Assembly (NCBI GenBank): GCA_016182045.1
Contig: JACOYE010000012.1
Location: forward strand, 1-56,486
DNA from: Candidatus Microgenomates bacterium
Lineage (GTDB): Bacteria; Patescibacteriota; Microgenomatia; Daviesbacterales; UBA10151
Length of the DNA stretch: 56,486 bases
Reading direction: 5' to 3'
Part shown: positions 1-8,545 of the stretch, in pieces
Numbering within the stretch: the first letter of the stretch is position 1
Layout: every line of letters starts with the position of its first letter
Translations under genes and position numbers: made by a program
The notes under the pieces: model-generated
The model's database searches: none
What the model was told of the DNA's origin: nothing
What the model saw: the letters and a program-made list of their open reading frames with translations, nothing else

Positions 1-626
1 CAGAATTTTACCTTGTAAATCCTCATGATCTGCATAAACTCCGGAATCAATTACTGCCACAAAGGTAGAAGAATTACCTTGGGAAATATCCCAGGCAGCT
101 GGGACTCCAATCTGTGGTGCAGATTCACCGCTATAAAATTTAATGCTGGGGTTGAGATTCCACTGGGCAGTAGTAAAAGCCGGATCATTTGGTTCAATCA
201 GCTCTTTCCCGATAAAGTTTGGTTCTGCATATTCTATCCTGGGATTTCTATTTAAAGCCTTAATTACTTTATCCTTGGCTTTTTCCGGAACTTTGGCTAC
301 TATTACCTCAATATTGGGGATGGTATCAATCTTAGTTAATCCATAAGCTTTTAAGGTATTATCCTTTATTTTGTCAGCTACTCCGCTTTTAAATTTCAAA
401 AGTATTTCATCAGGAACCTGGGGAGCTGGTTCTTGTTGGGGAAAAGAGCGGAAAATAACCTGTCTCTAAAAGTAGCTGATGAGGAAATAAGAATAAACAG
501 GATTATTCCTAAAGCTGCCAGTAATATTAAAAGTAAGGGAGGAATAATACCTGCCTCGCTCGCCTCGCTGCGAAACGGGCCGGCAGGCGGGCCTTTTTGG
601 GAAGTGGGTAGTTTAATAAATGGCAT
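1..626 (-). pseudogene. S8 subtilisin-like serine peptidase with pilin-like N-terminus, frameshifted near 440 and running off the window edge
   Basis: ATG at 626 gives MPFIKLPTSQKG..IIPPLLLILL..LFP, stopping at 396. The -1 frame from about 440 reads QQEPAPQVPDEILLKFKSG..IEYAEPNF..PNDP..QW..AAWDIS..VAVIDSGV..DHEDLQGKIL, i.e. a subtilase prodomain plus the catalytic Asp motif. Confidence 0.8.
550..591 (-). repeat. 42-nt GC-rich hairpin micro-insertion (CCCG foot)
   Basis: Minus strand CCCG-CCTGCC...GGCAGG. Removing it restores QKG|IIP in frame. Confidence 0.75.
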
Positions 627-630
627 ATTA

Positions 631-1083
631 TTATGGTGATAGCTGAACCACATCCAGGGGAGTTTCAGACATCTGGACAAGCTTACCGCCTTTTGGTTTT
701 TTCTGATAAACCTTGACTGTATAAGTGCCAGCTTCAGCAGTACCAAATGTAAAGCTCAAAGAACCAGAAGTACTGGTAAATCTGGTGTAAACATAGGTTG
801 ACTTGGGAGTTAAGATATTAATATAAGCATCGGCTGAAGGATAATACCCAGAACCAGAAGCAGAAACTAAGCTTCCACAACATTCTGCAGGATTGGGATC
901 TAAAGTAAGAGTGGCAGAAAAACTTTTTTGTGGAGGAGTTGCTTCAGAGGTAGGTTTTGGGTAGAGGGTTCCAAAAAGGTTTCCAAGAGGAGCAGTTTGG
1001 GCAAATATGATAAATGCTAAAAGTCCTAAGGCTGCAATAAGCAAAAAAATTATTGATGAAAATCCTTGTTGTTTTTTGAACAT
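631..1083 (-). CDS. secreted/membrane protein with pilin-like (class III) N-terminus and beta-rich domain
   Basis: MFKKQQG|FSSIIFLLIAALG hydrophobic helix; start moved to ATG 1083. Confidence 0.7.
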   Translation of the reverse strand: MFKKQQGFSSIIFLLIAALGLLAFIIFAQTAPLGNLFGTLYPKPTSEATPPQKSFSATLTLDPNPAECCGSLVSASGSGYYPSADAYINILTPKSTYVYTRFTSTSGSLSFTFGTAEAGTYTVKVYQKKPKGGKLVQMSETPLDVVQLSP

Positions 1084-1139
1084 GCTATATTTTAGTATGC
1101 ACATACTTTGTCTGCGTCTGTCAAGTGCCCCCAAAATTT

Positions 1140-2078
1140 CTAAAAGCGGTGAGCTTTGCGAGTTTTATGGTGTGGTTCTTTGGCCAGTGTCCCCAGATAT
1201 ACACCCATAGCTATCAATGATGCTCCTATCATAAATGATAAGGAAATTCTTTCTGCCAAAATGAAAACAGCTAAGGCTGCCGCTACAAATGGCTCAATGT
1301 ATTGAAAAAGATCTGCTCTAATTACATTAGTTCTAGCAAGTCCCCACTCAAAAAGAAAATAGGCAGAGATTGAAGATAGCATGGTCATATATAAAAGACC
1401 TAAAATTCCCAAAATGGTGATATTTGCACTCCAACTGGGATTTTGGATATACTCTGAGGCAGCCGGAATGAAAAAGGTTACAGCACCTGTTAAAAATGCT
1501 ATGGCAGTAATGGTCAGTGTGGAGTATTTTTTTAGCATCTGCTCGGAAAATACGGCCCCCCCCACAAATGATAATGCAGCCAGGATGATTAAAATATTAC
1601 CCAAAACCGTTTCCGAGGAATAAGTTCCGCTGATAATTTGAGGTAAGCCAATAATAACCAAAGCTCCCGCAAGTCCCATTAAAACTCCCAATAAGTTAAT
1701 CAAATATATTTTCTCTTTTAAATAAAGCCATCCCAAAAGCACACTGGATATGGGGATAATCAGGGTTAGGACAGAAGCATTAATGGCAGTAGTTCTGACT
1801 ATTCCTTCAAAGAAAAAGGCGATATTTAAGGTAATAATAAATATACCAATTGCCAAAAGCTTAGGAAGATCTTCCTTTTTAACACTAATTTTTTTTCTTT
1901 GCGCCCAAACAAAAGGGGCCAGCAGTAAACAGGCCAGAGAAAATCTTAGAAAAGCCAAAGATGATGGTGGAAATTCCTGTAAAGTAATTTTGGCCACCAC
2001 AAAAGTGGCTCCCCAGATCAGGTGAGCCACCACTAAGGCTATGTATGGAAAAGGTTTGGACAGAATTTGAGAAGACAT
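1140..2078 (-). CDS. DMT/EamA family transporter
   Basis: About 10 TM helices in two repeats; IWGATFV and LAFLRF motifs. Confidence 0.9.
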   Translation of the reverse strand: MSSQILSKPFPYIALVVAHLIWGATFVVAKITLQEFPPSSLAFLRFSLACLLLAPFVWAQRKKISVKKEDLPKLLAIGIFIITLNIAFFFEGIVRTTAINASVLTLIIPISSVLLGWLYLKEKIYLINLLGVLMGLAGALVIIGLPQIISGTYSSETVLGNILIILAALSFVGGAVFSEQMLKKYSTLTITAIAFLTGAVTFFIPAASEYIQNPSWSANITILGILGLLYMTMLSSISAYFLFEWGLARTNVIRADLFQYIEPFVAAALAVFILAERISLSFMIGASLIAMGVYLGTLAKEPHHKTRKAHRF

Positions 2079-2099
2079 TATTTAAGTATAAAGGGTAGG

Positions 2100-3026
2100 T
2101 CAGATTAATTCCAGGAGTCTGTCCAAACCAAAGGAAAAACCAACAGCAGGGATGTCTTTCTTGGCCCTTCGACTTCGCTCAGGGTAAATAAACATGCCTA
2201 TTAAGTTATCATATCTGCCACCGGCACCAACAGATAAGGAGGTTGGATTTTGATCTAGTTTGAGCTCAAAAATAGCGCCGGTGTAATAATCCAAACCGCG
2301 AGCTAGTGTTGGGTCGAATTTGAAATCAATACCCATCTCTAAAGAATATTTTTCTTTTAAGATATTAAATAATTGCTCAAGATTTTCAGTGGGTTTTTGG
2401 GATCTGATTTCATTAACTGTCTCCTTAGCCTTATCCGGTGATAGTCCACCACTAACTAACTCACTTATCACATCTTCCTCGCCGATTTTATTGATTTTAT
2501 CTATAGCTCTGACTGCTTCAGAAGGAAGTGAGGCAAAATTGGCTCTGTCATTAATGAGCATAACTGCATCTTCAAAGCCTAAATCTTTCATGCATTTAAT
2601 GGTTACTGCCACAATCAAGGCATCTTCTTTGGGATCAGATGAACCCACGCTATCAAAATCAAATTGGGTGAATTCACGCCACCTGCCTTTTTGGGGATTT
2701 TCACCGCGGAAGACCTGGCCAATTTGGTATCTTCTGAATGGTAGGGGAGGGTTGTAGGCTGCCACATACCGTGCAAGCGGAACAGTTAAGTCATAGCGTA
2801 ATGCCAGTTTTCTGCCGCCTCTATCTGTGAACTCATAAATTAACCTTTCTTCCTCCCCGTATTTACCCTTTAGCGTATCTGCAAACTCTATGGTAGGGGT
2901 TTCAATGGGGACAAAGCCATAGCCTTCCAGGACGCTGACAATAATATTTATTGCCTCACGTCTTTTCTTGGCCATATCGGGTTTTATATCCCTAAACCCC
3001 TTTGGTGTTGGCGGTGCTTTAAGCAT
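2100..3026 (-). CDS. hisS: histidine--tRNA ligase, catalytic domain only
   Basis: PKGFRD, LRYDLTVP, FRGENPQKGRWREFTQ, LARGLDYYTG, GGRYDNL, GFSFGLDRL; ends without the anticodon-binding domain. Confidence 0.9.
   Translation of the reverse strand: MLKAPPTPKGFRDIKPDMAKKRREAINIIVSVLEGYGFVPIETPTIEFADTLKGKYGEEERLIYEFTDRGGRKLALRYDLTVPLARYVAAYNPPLPFRRYQIGQVFRGENPQKGRWREFTQFDFDSVGSSDPKEDALIVAVTIKCMKDLGFEDAVMLINDRANFASLPSEAVRAIDKINKIGEEDVISELVSGGLSPDKAKETVNEIRSQKPTENLEQLFNILKEKYSLEMGIDFKFDPTLARGLDYYTGAIFELKLDQNPTSLSVGAGGRYDNLIGMFIYPERSRRAKKDIPAVGFSFGLDRLLELI
2165..2188 (-). repeat. 24-nt micro-insertion TTTA-CCC-TGAGCGAAGTCGAA-GGG in hisS
   Basis: Encodes the YPERSRR segment; removal gives GMFTKKDIPAVG. 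Confidence 0.9.
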
Positions 3027-3084
3027 ACTGTTTAATAATATCATAGCAGTGTACAGACTGCATTTTCCTATGGGTTACCGCAGG

Positions 3085-3132
3085 CCTGCCCTGAGCGAAC
3101 CTGTGGTGATCGTAGCCGAACCAGTCGAAGGG
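3085..3132 (+). repeat. two nested 24-nt micro-insertions (outer 3085-3099 plus 3124-3132; inner 3100-3123)
   Basis: CCTG-CCC-TGAGCGAA[CCTG-TGG-TGATCGTAGCCGAA-CCA]GTCGAA-GGG. Confidence 0.9.
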
Positions 3133-3145
3133 TGTGGTTAGAGGA

Positions 3146-3730
3146 TTAGCTTATTATCCAGTCTAACCCACGGTCCACCCAGGTTCTTTTCTCCTCACCA
3201 GTTGTTGTCAAATTATACAGACGCATTAATACTCTATGTATATAAACCGGGGTGATAAGCTTTTGTGGGGGAGTTAGTCTTTTAATCCAAGACCTGCGAC
3301 GTTCAAGTCTGAGTTCTACTTGACTGGGAGTAATCTCGTCTCTGATTAATGAACCTTGGTTTTTTCTGATTGCTTTCTCATAAGCTAAAGCACGCAAAAA
3401 ATCGTAAAAATTCCATTTGCTATCTGGACTGTCCGAAATAATATAATCATGAGCCAATTCTTTAAAAAAAGTAGTGTCCCCATTAAAAGCATGTTGTAAT
3501 GACTCAAAATCTTTTGTGCCAGTTATACTATGCCAAATCTCAGCTATAGGATTCATATCTTCCTCCGATTGCCCAGTTAAGGTTATATTTGTACCTATTA
3601 GAACCTGTCCAATGTGTTGGATATTTTGTCGAATGGTTCCAGGGAACTTTCTTTCAAAAATTCTACCCAAAATACTGAGAGGATCTTCGGGATCAATATT
3701 GAACATTGTTCCAAGCAATATTTCTGGCAT
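3146..3730 (-). CDS. hypothetical protein
   Basis: 194-aa ORF filling the gap; no motif recognised. Confidence 0.65.
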   Translation of the reverse strand: MPEILLGTMFNIDPEDPLSILGRIFERKFPGTIRQNIQHIGQVLIGTNITLTGQSEEDMNPIAEIWHSITGTKDFESLQHAFNGDTTFFKELAHDYIISDSPDSKWNFYDFLRALAYEKAIRKNQGSLIRDEITPSQVELRLERRRSWIKRLTPPQKLITPVYIHRVLMRLYNLTTTGEEKRTWVDRGLDWIIS

Positions 3731-3876
3731 AACTTTATCTCATAGTGTAGCAAACTATTTTAAAAAAGTCCAACAAATGAAGTCTCTTCACCCATCAAAG
3801 CCTGCTGCTCAGTATTCAGTATTATGTGACAACAAACTTGTTTTTCTTTTTTTAAAGTTGTAGAGTAGTTTTACTT

Positions 3877-4578
3877 ATGGTCAAAAGTGCAATCATTTTG
3901 GCTGGGGGGAAAGGGGAAAGGTTAAGACCTTATACCAATGACCGGCCCAAACCCATGGTGGAAGTTGCCGGCAGACCAATTTTGGCCTATCAGCTGGAGC
4001 AGCTTAAAAAAGCAGGGATTGAGGAGGTAGTTTTTGCTTGTAGTTATCAAAGAGAAGCTTTGCAGAAACATCTGAATTCTGGAGAAAAGTATGGAATTAA
4101 AGCCCTTTTTTCTGTGGAAGAAACTCCCTTGGGAAGGGGTGGTGGTATCAAAAAGGCCATGAGGGAGTTGCCAGATGGTTGGGAAAATGTGCTGATAACA
4201 AATGGAGACAATCTTTGGAAATTGGATGTTTTGGGTTTGATCAAAAAGCATCAGGAAAAAAATGCCATAGCCACGATAGTGGTAGTCCCCCTAAAAAGCC
4301 CTTATGGAGTGGTAGAATTTAATCAGCATGATGAAATTTTAGGATTTAAAGAAAAGCCCATTCTGCCACACTGGATTAATGCCGGAGTTTATATTTTTTC
4401 CAAAGAAATAGAACTACTACTTCCTGATGAAGGGGATCATGAGATAGAAACCTTCCCCAAACTGCCATCAGAAAGATTTATAGTTTTCAAAAGTACGGAT
4501 TATTGGAGAGGTGTGGATACAGTTAAAGATCTAACTGAGGCTGAAAAAGAAGTAGCGGAGATTTTTCAAATATCCTGA
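3877..4578 (+). CDS. sugar-phosphate nucleotidyltransferase (NTP_transferase family)
   Basis: ILAGGKGERLRPYT..PKPM, EETPLG, NGD, INAGVY. Confidence 0.9.
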   Translation: MVKSAIILAGGKGERLRPYTNDRPKPMVEVAGRPILAYQLEQLKKAGIEEVVFACSYQREALQKHLNSGEKYGIKALFSVEETPLGRGGGIKKAMRELPDGWENVLITNGDNLWKLDVLGLIKKHQEKNAIATIVVVPLKSPYGVVEFNQHDEILGFKEKPILPHWINAGVYIFSKEIELLLPDEGDHEIETFPKLPSERFIVFKSTDYWRGVDTVKDLTEAEKEVAEIFQIS

Positions 4579-5322
4579 TTACTTTTTCTTCCCAGAAGGT
4601 GTGGCTGATTTGGTGGTAACTTGAGCAGAGGGGGTGGCCACCTTTTTGAGTTTTATGATTCCGCCTTGGGAAATAACATAAACAAATCTTGCCACATATA
4701 TTTCATTTTTATTTTTGCTACCTACCACGATCACAAAATCGTTAAGCTTAATCTTTATATCAGGTTTGAAATTGACTGACACCGCCACATTTTTTAGTTC
4801 CCTGGTTTTTAAGGTAACAAGACTATCGGAGATAGAGATAACTTGGCCCCAAAGGTAAGTTGGTAGTTGGTCCGCCAGCTGGTGGATGGTAGTTGGTAGT
4901 AAGATAACCTTTTTGGCTGTTAAGACTCCTGTTTCATCAATGTCACCCAAAGCGGCCACAAAATCTTCTTCTGCCAAAGTTTTCAAAGACAATTTCTTGT
5001 TTTTGACATTACCTTCATAAATTGTATCTTGATTTAGAGTGACAATCTTTGGCCCGCCTCTGGTGGCTAAAGTTAAAGAAGTTTCAGATTTGGCTTTTAA
5101 GTTCCCTATGTAGGCCTTATTTTGCAATTTCCTGTTAACCTCAAGTTTTAATTTGGCAGCCTTAGAAGCAATCTCTTTTTTCAGCTCCTCTAATTTAGCC
5201 TTGATGTTAGCTGAGGGAGTGGAATCAGCAGCATGAGCAGTGGACAGGGTACAGGTTACAGTGAACAGGAAAGATAATATTAAACTGTAACCTAAAACCT
5301 GAAACCTGTAACATTTTCTCAT
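4579..5322 (-). CDS. secreted hypothetical protein (coiled coil plus two OB-like, DUF5666-like repeats)
   Basis: Signal peptide ending AHA, coiled coil, two beta repeats, ATPSA tail. Confidence 0.65.
   Translation of the reverse strand: MRKCYRFQVLGYSLILSFLFTVTCTLSTAHAADSTPSANIKAKLEELKKEIASKAAKLKLEVNRKLQNKAYIGNLKAKSETSLTLATRGGPKIVTLNQDTIYEGNVKNKKLSLKTLAEEDFVAALGDIDETGVLTAKKVILLPTTIHQLADQLPTYLWGQVISISDSLVTLKTRELKNVAVSVNFKPDIKIKLNDFVIVVGSKNKNEIYVARFVYVISQGGIIKLKKVATPSAQVTTKSATPSGKKK
4871..4882 (+). repeat. 12-nt micro-insertion TCCG-CCAGCTGG inside a TGGTAGT 7-mer array
   Basis: Removal restores TGGTAGT-TGGTGGA-TGGTAGT-TGGTAGT; same 12-mer in efp. Confidence 0.8.
5241..5312. repeat. inverted 7-mer arrays (NNNACAG x4 / CTRWAAC x4) within a signal-peptide coding region
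   Basis: tggacag ggtacag gttacag tgaacag ... ctgtaac ctaaaac ctgaaac ctgtaac. Confidence 0.75.
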
Positions 5323-5747
5323 AGTTTCTCCTTTGAGTAAAAGACTGTCCTCTCATCTGATCTTGAATCTCCTGTTATATCAAAAACTACTGCCGTAATG
5401 ATATTTAGCCCTTGATCCAATTTAATTACAGTGGAAAAATTACCATCTGGTGAGGATTTTATGACCAAATCCTGGGAGAGGGTGGAGATTAAAACTTCTG
5501 TTGAGGGAGCGGTTTTACCGGAAACTATGATTGATGAATCAAAGCTTAACATATCCCTATCCGGCTGTTCCAGGTCTAATCTTAAGCTTTTTGGTGGGCT
5601 GGTAACAGGACCCTTACTTAGAGAGTAAGATTTTTCTAAACCGTTGACATTTAAGTAGTAATTAAGACCAAAGATAAAAATTAGACCCAAGAGGAGAATT
5701 AATAATTGAGACAAGATGAAGGTTTTGATGGAAAGGCGCCTGGACAT
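5319..5747 (-). CDS. membrane-anchored Ig-like fold protein
   Basis: N-terminal TM; IIVSGKT..DGNFS..L..GLNII pattern. Confidence 0.7.
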   Translation of the reverse strand: MSRRLSIKTFILSQLLILLLGLIFIFGLNYYLNVNGLEKSYSLSKGPVTSPPKSLRLDLEQPDRDMLSFDSSIIVSGKTAPSTEVLISTLSQDLVIKSSPDGNFSTVIKLDQGLNIITAVVFDITGDSRSDERTVFYSKEKL

Positions 5748-5808
5748 ATTGGATATATTAATTATATCTTGTCCCCAGGTCAAATGTTATGTTAATATCC
5801 CACTTGTC

Positions 5809-6462
5809 ATGGACATTTATTGGGGTGGACAAGCCCTGTTTAGACTGAAAGGCAAAAATGCTACTGTCATAATTGATCCTTTAGATTCTGAATTCACTGG
5901 ATTAAAACTGCCAAAAGATTTGTCAGCAGATGTGGTGTTATCTTCTCATGATCATGGAGATCATAACAATACTGGCGCTGTGAGTGGTTTGAATGGAGGG
6001 ACACCGATGGTATTTAAAGATCCCGGAGAGTATGAAGTAAAAGGGGTGGTGATTACCGGCATTTCCTCATTTCATGATAATAGTGAGGGATCTCAGCGGG
6101 GATCAAATACCATTTTCCACCTCATGTTTGATGGATTGGATATTGTGCATTTAGGCGATTTAGGTCAATTTAAATTGTCGGAAGAACAAGTGGTTCAAAT
6201 TGGCCAGACAGATATTTTGTTTATTCCGGTGGGTTCTGTTTATACCATTGATGGCAATGTGGCCTCAGATATAGTTTCTCAACTGGAGCCAAAAATTATT
6301 ATCCCCATGCATTACAAGATAGAGGGATTAAAATTTGAACTGGAGGGGGTGGAGAAATTCTTAAAAGAGATGGGGGCCGAGGGTGTGATGGTACAGCCTA
6401 AGTTGTCCATAACCAAAGAAAGGTTACCTGAAGAACCGATGGTGGTGGTGTTAAGTAATTGA
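5809..6462 (+). CDS. MBL-fold metallo-hydrolase (Lactamase_B_3-like)
   Basis: SHDHGDHN, HLGDLG, IIPMHY; start at ATG 5809. Confidence 0.9.
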   Translation: MDIYWGGQALFRLKGKNATVIIDPLDSEFTGLKLPKDLSADVVLSSHDHGDHNNTGAVSGLNGGTPMVFKDPGEYEVKGVVITGISSFHDNSEGSQRGSNTIFHLMFDGLDIVHLGDLGQFKLSEEQVVQIGQTDILFIPVGSVYTIDGNVASDIVSQLEPKIIIPMHYKIEGLKFELEGVEKFLKEMGAEGVMVQPKLSITKERLPEEPMVVVLSN

Positions 6463-6468
6463 AAATTT

Positions 6469-7833
6469 ATGGCACAGCCAGTAACCAAACTTCCTCCACA
6501 AAATATAGATGCTGAACAATCCCTACTGGGATCACTTCTGATAGATAAAGATGCCATAGTCAGAGTTTCAGAAATTTTGTATCCGCAAAACTTTTATAGA
6601 AGCGAACAGCATGGGGCGATCTACTCGGCCATTCAAGATTTATTTGAAAGACGTGAGCCAATAGATTTGGTCACTTTGACAGAGGAGCTGAAGAAAAAAG
6701 GGGTTTATGATCGGGTGGGGGGTTCCGCTTACCTGACCACTCTGGTGAATATAGTTCCCACCTCTGCACATATTGAACATTACGCCAAGATCATTAAAGA
6801 GCATGCCATCAGAAGAGCGTTGATATCTCAGGCCACCCAACTTATTGAAAAAGCTTATGATGAATCAGAGACTGTTGAGCAAGTTTTGGAAGATGCGGAA
6901 GCCGGAATTTTTTCTTTGTCTCAACAGCATGTTTCCAGAGACTTTTTACCTGTCAAAGATGCCTTAACCCAGTCTTTTGATAGATTGGATGAACTGCAAA
7001 AGTCTTCCGGTAAACTACGGGGTGTGCCCACAGGCTTTAGAGACTTGGATAATAAGTTGGCCGGCATGCAGGATTCAAATTTGTTGATTTTGGCTTCACG
7101 CCCTGGACAAGGTAAAACTTCCATGGCCTTAAATATAGCCCAGTATGTGGCTACTGTGGCAGGACTACCGGTGGGGATTTTCTCTTTGGAGATGTCTCAG
7201 GAAGAACTGGTGGATAGGTTGCTGGTGGGTCAGGCTGACATAGATGCCTGGAAACTGAAAACCGGCAGGTTAGATGAGAAGGACTTTGACAAGTTATCTT
7301 TGGCCATGGGGGAATTGGCTGAGGCCCCCCTTTTTATAGACGATACTCCGGGAATTACCATTTCCGAGATGAGAACTAAAGCCAGGAGACTTCAGATTGA
7401 ACATGGATTAAAATTTTTGATTGTAGATTATCTACAGCTTATCAAGGGCAGGAATTTGGAAAATAGGGTGCAGGAGGTGTCTGAAATTTCTCAAAACTTA
7501 AAAAATTTGGCAAGAGAGCTAAAAATTCCGGTTTTAGCTATTTCACAACTCTCCCGTGCCGTTGAACAAAGAGGTACCAGAAAACCGCAGTTGGCGGATT
7601 TAAGGGAATCCGGCGCTATTGAACAAGATGCGGATGTGGTGATGTTTCTTTATCGAGAAGATCCGGAAAAGCAGGATTTGGTGACTTTGGATATTCAAAA
7701 ACACAGAAACGGTCCAACAGGAGAGATTACTTTATTCTTCAGAGCTGACCGAACCAAGTTTTATGGCATGGAGAAGGGAAGAGGTAGGCCTCCTAAGGAA
7801 GCTGAAGGGAAAGAGATGGCTCAGGCTGCTTGA
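6469..7833 (+). CDS. dnaB: replicative DNA helicase
   Basis: LPPQN..AEQSLLG, ASRPGQGKT, IVDYLQL, SQLSR, DLRESGAIEQDAD, KHRNGPTG. Confidence 0.97.
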   Translation: MAQPVTKLPPQNIDAEQSLLGSLLIDKDAIVRVSEILYPQNFYRSEQHGAIYSAIQDLFERREPIDLVTLTEELKKKGVYDRVGGSAYLTTLVNIVPTSAHIEHYAKIIKEHAIRRALISQATQLIEKAYDESETVEQVLEDAEAGIFSLSQQHVSRDFLPVKDALTQSFDRLDELQKSSGKLRGVPTGFRDLDNKLAGMQDSNLLILASRPGQGKTSMALNIAQYVATVAGLPVGIFSLEMSQEELVDRLLVGQADIDAWKLKTGRLDEKDFDKLSLAMGELAEAPLFIDDTPGITISEMRTKARRLQIEHGLKFLIVDYLQLIKGRNLENRVQEVSEISQNLKNLARELKIPVLAISQLSRAVEQRGTRKPQLADLRESGAIEQDADVVMFLYREDPEKQDLVTLDIQKHRNGPTGEITLFFRADRTKFYGMEKGRGRPPKEAEGKEMAQAA

Positions 7834-8414
7834 GAAAGATAAGAATAATAAAATTTATTGACCTTTTTTTCAAAATCAGATAGTGTGCCGTTATTGACTA
7901 TTTTAAGATTGGCAAACTTACCCAAAATTAGGATTTTTTCCTCAGCTTTGGATTTTTCCTCTGCCATAAATTGGTCAAAAGTAAGCCCCACCTCTCCCAC
8001 CTTTTCTGATCTTTTCTTTAGCCTTTGGTATCTTAGTTTCTGATCAGCCGTGATATAGATTAGGATATGATGATCCATCCTTTTAACTAACTCCAGCTCC
8101 GTCTCACGTCTAATCCCGTCCAAGATAATTACCTCAGCAGTATCACCTTCTGCCGAGAATTTGGCAGCATTAGCCAAAGCGGTTTCTCCGAAAGTGGCGT
8201 TCATTGCAATAGACAGTTTTTGTAAGTTGGTTCTGGTTATAGGAAGATCCCAGATTATTAAAGTTTGAGCCAAAATATCAGAAAAGCGGATTTGGCGGAT
8301 AGTTAGCCTCTCGCCGTCATTGCGAGGCGAAGCCGAAGCAATCTCCTTCAAAAAATTTACAAACGTCTGTTTCCCACTCCCTTTTTCACCAATCAAGCCT
8401 AAAACTTTTTTCAT
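7821..8414 (-). CDS. dephospho-CoA kinase-like P-loop kinase
   Basis: MKKVLGLIGEKGSGKQT, ILDGIRR..E, R..RL..R, IVNNGT; start at ATG 8414 just after the tRNA. Confidence 0.8.
   Translation of the reverse strand: MKKVLGLIGEKGSGKQTFVNFLKEIASASPRNDGERLTIRQIRFSDILAQTLIIWDLPITRTNLQKLSIAMNATFGETALANAAKFSAEGDTAEVIILDGIRRETELELVKRMDHHILIYITADQKLRYQRLKKRSEKVGEVGLTFDQFMAEEKSKAEEKILILGKFANLKIVNNGTLSDFEKKVNKFYYSYLSQAA
8315..8344 (+). repeat. CGTC-tagged REP-like palindrome within the kinase gene
   Basis: CGTC-ATTGC-GAGGCGAAGCCGAA-GCAAT-CT; encodes EIASASPRND on the minus strand. Confidence 0.75.
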
Positions 8415-8417
8415 AAG

Positions 8418-8500
8418 TACCGAGGGAGGGATTTGAACCCTCATGATCTTGCGATCACGCGCTTTTGAGGCGCGCATGTCTACCGTTCCATCACCTCGGC
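8418..8500 (-). tRNA. tRNA-Leu (anticodon CAA)
   Basis: GCCGAGG acceptor stem, anticodon arm CGCGC-CTCAAAA-GCGCG, long variable arm, GTTCAAATC T-loop; CCA not encoded. Confidence 0.95.
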
Positions 8501-8545
8501 TTATTAGCTTGAATTATATCAGAGATTTAGAGTAAACTCGATATT

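Noticed and set aside
8415-8477. N-terminal extension of ORF 7821..8477
   Set aside because: Overlaps tRNA-Leu; the real start is ATG 8414.
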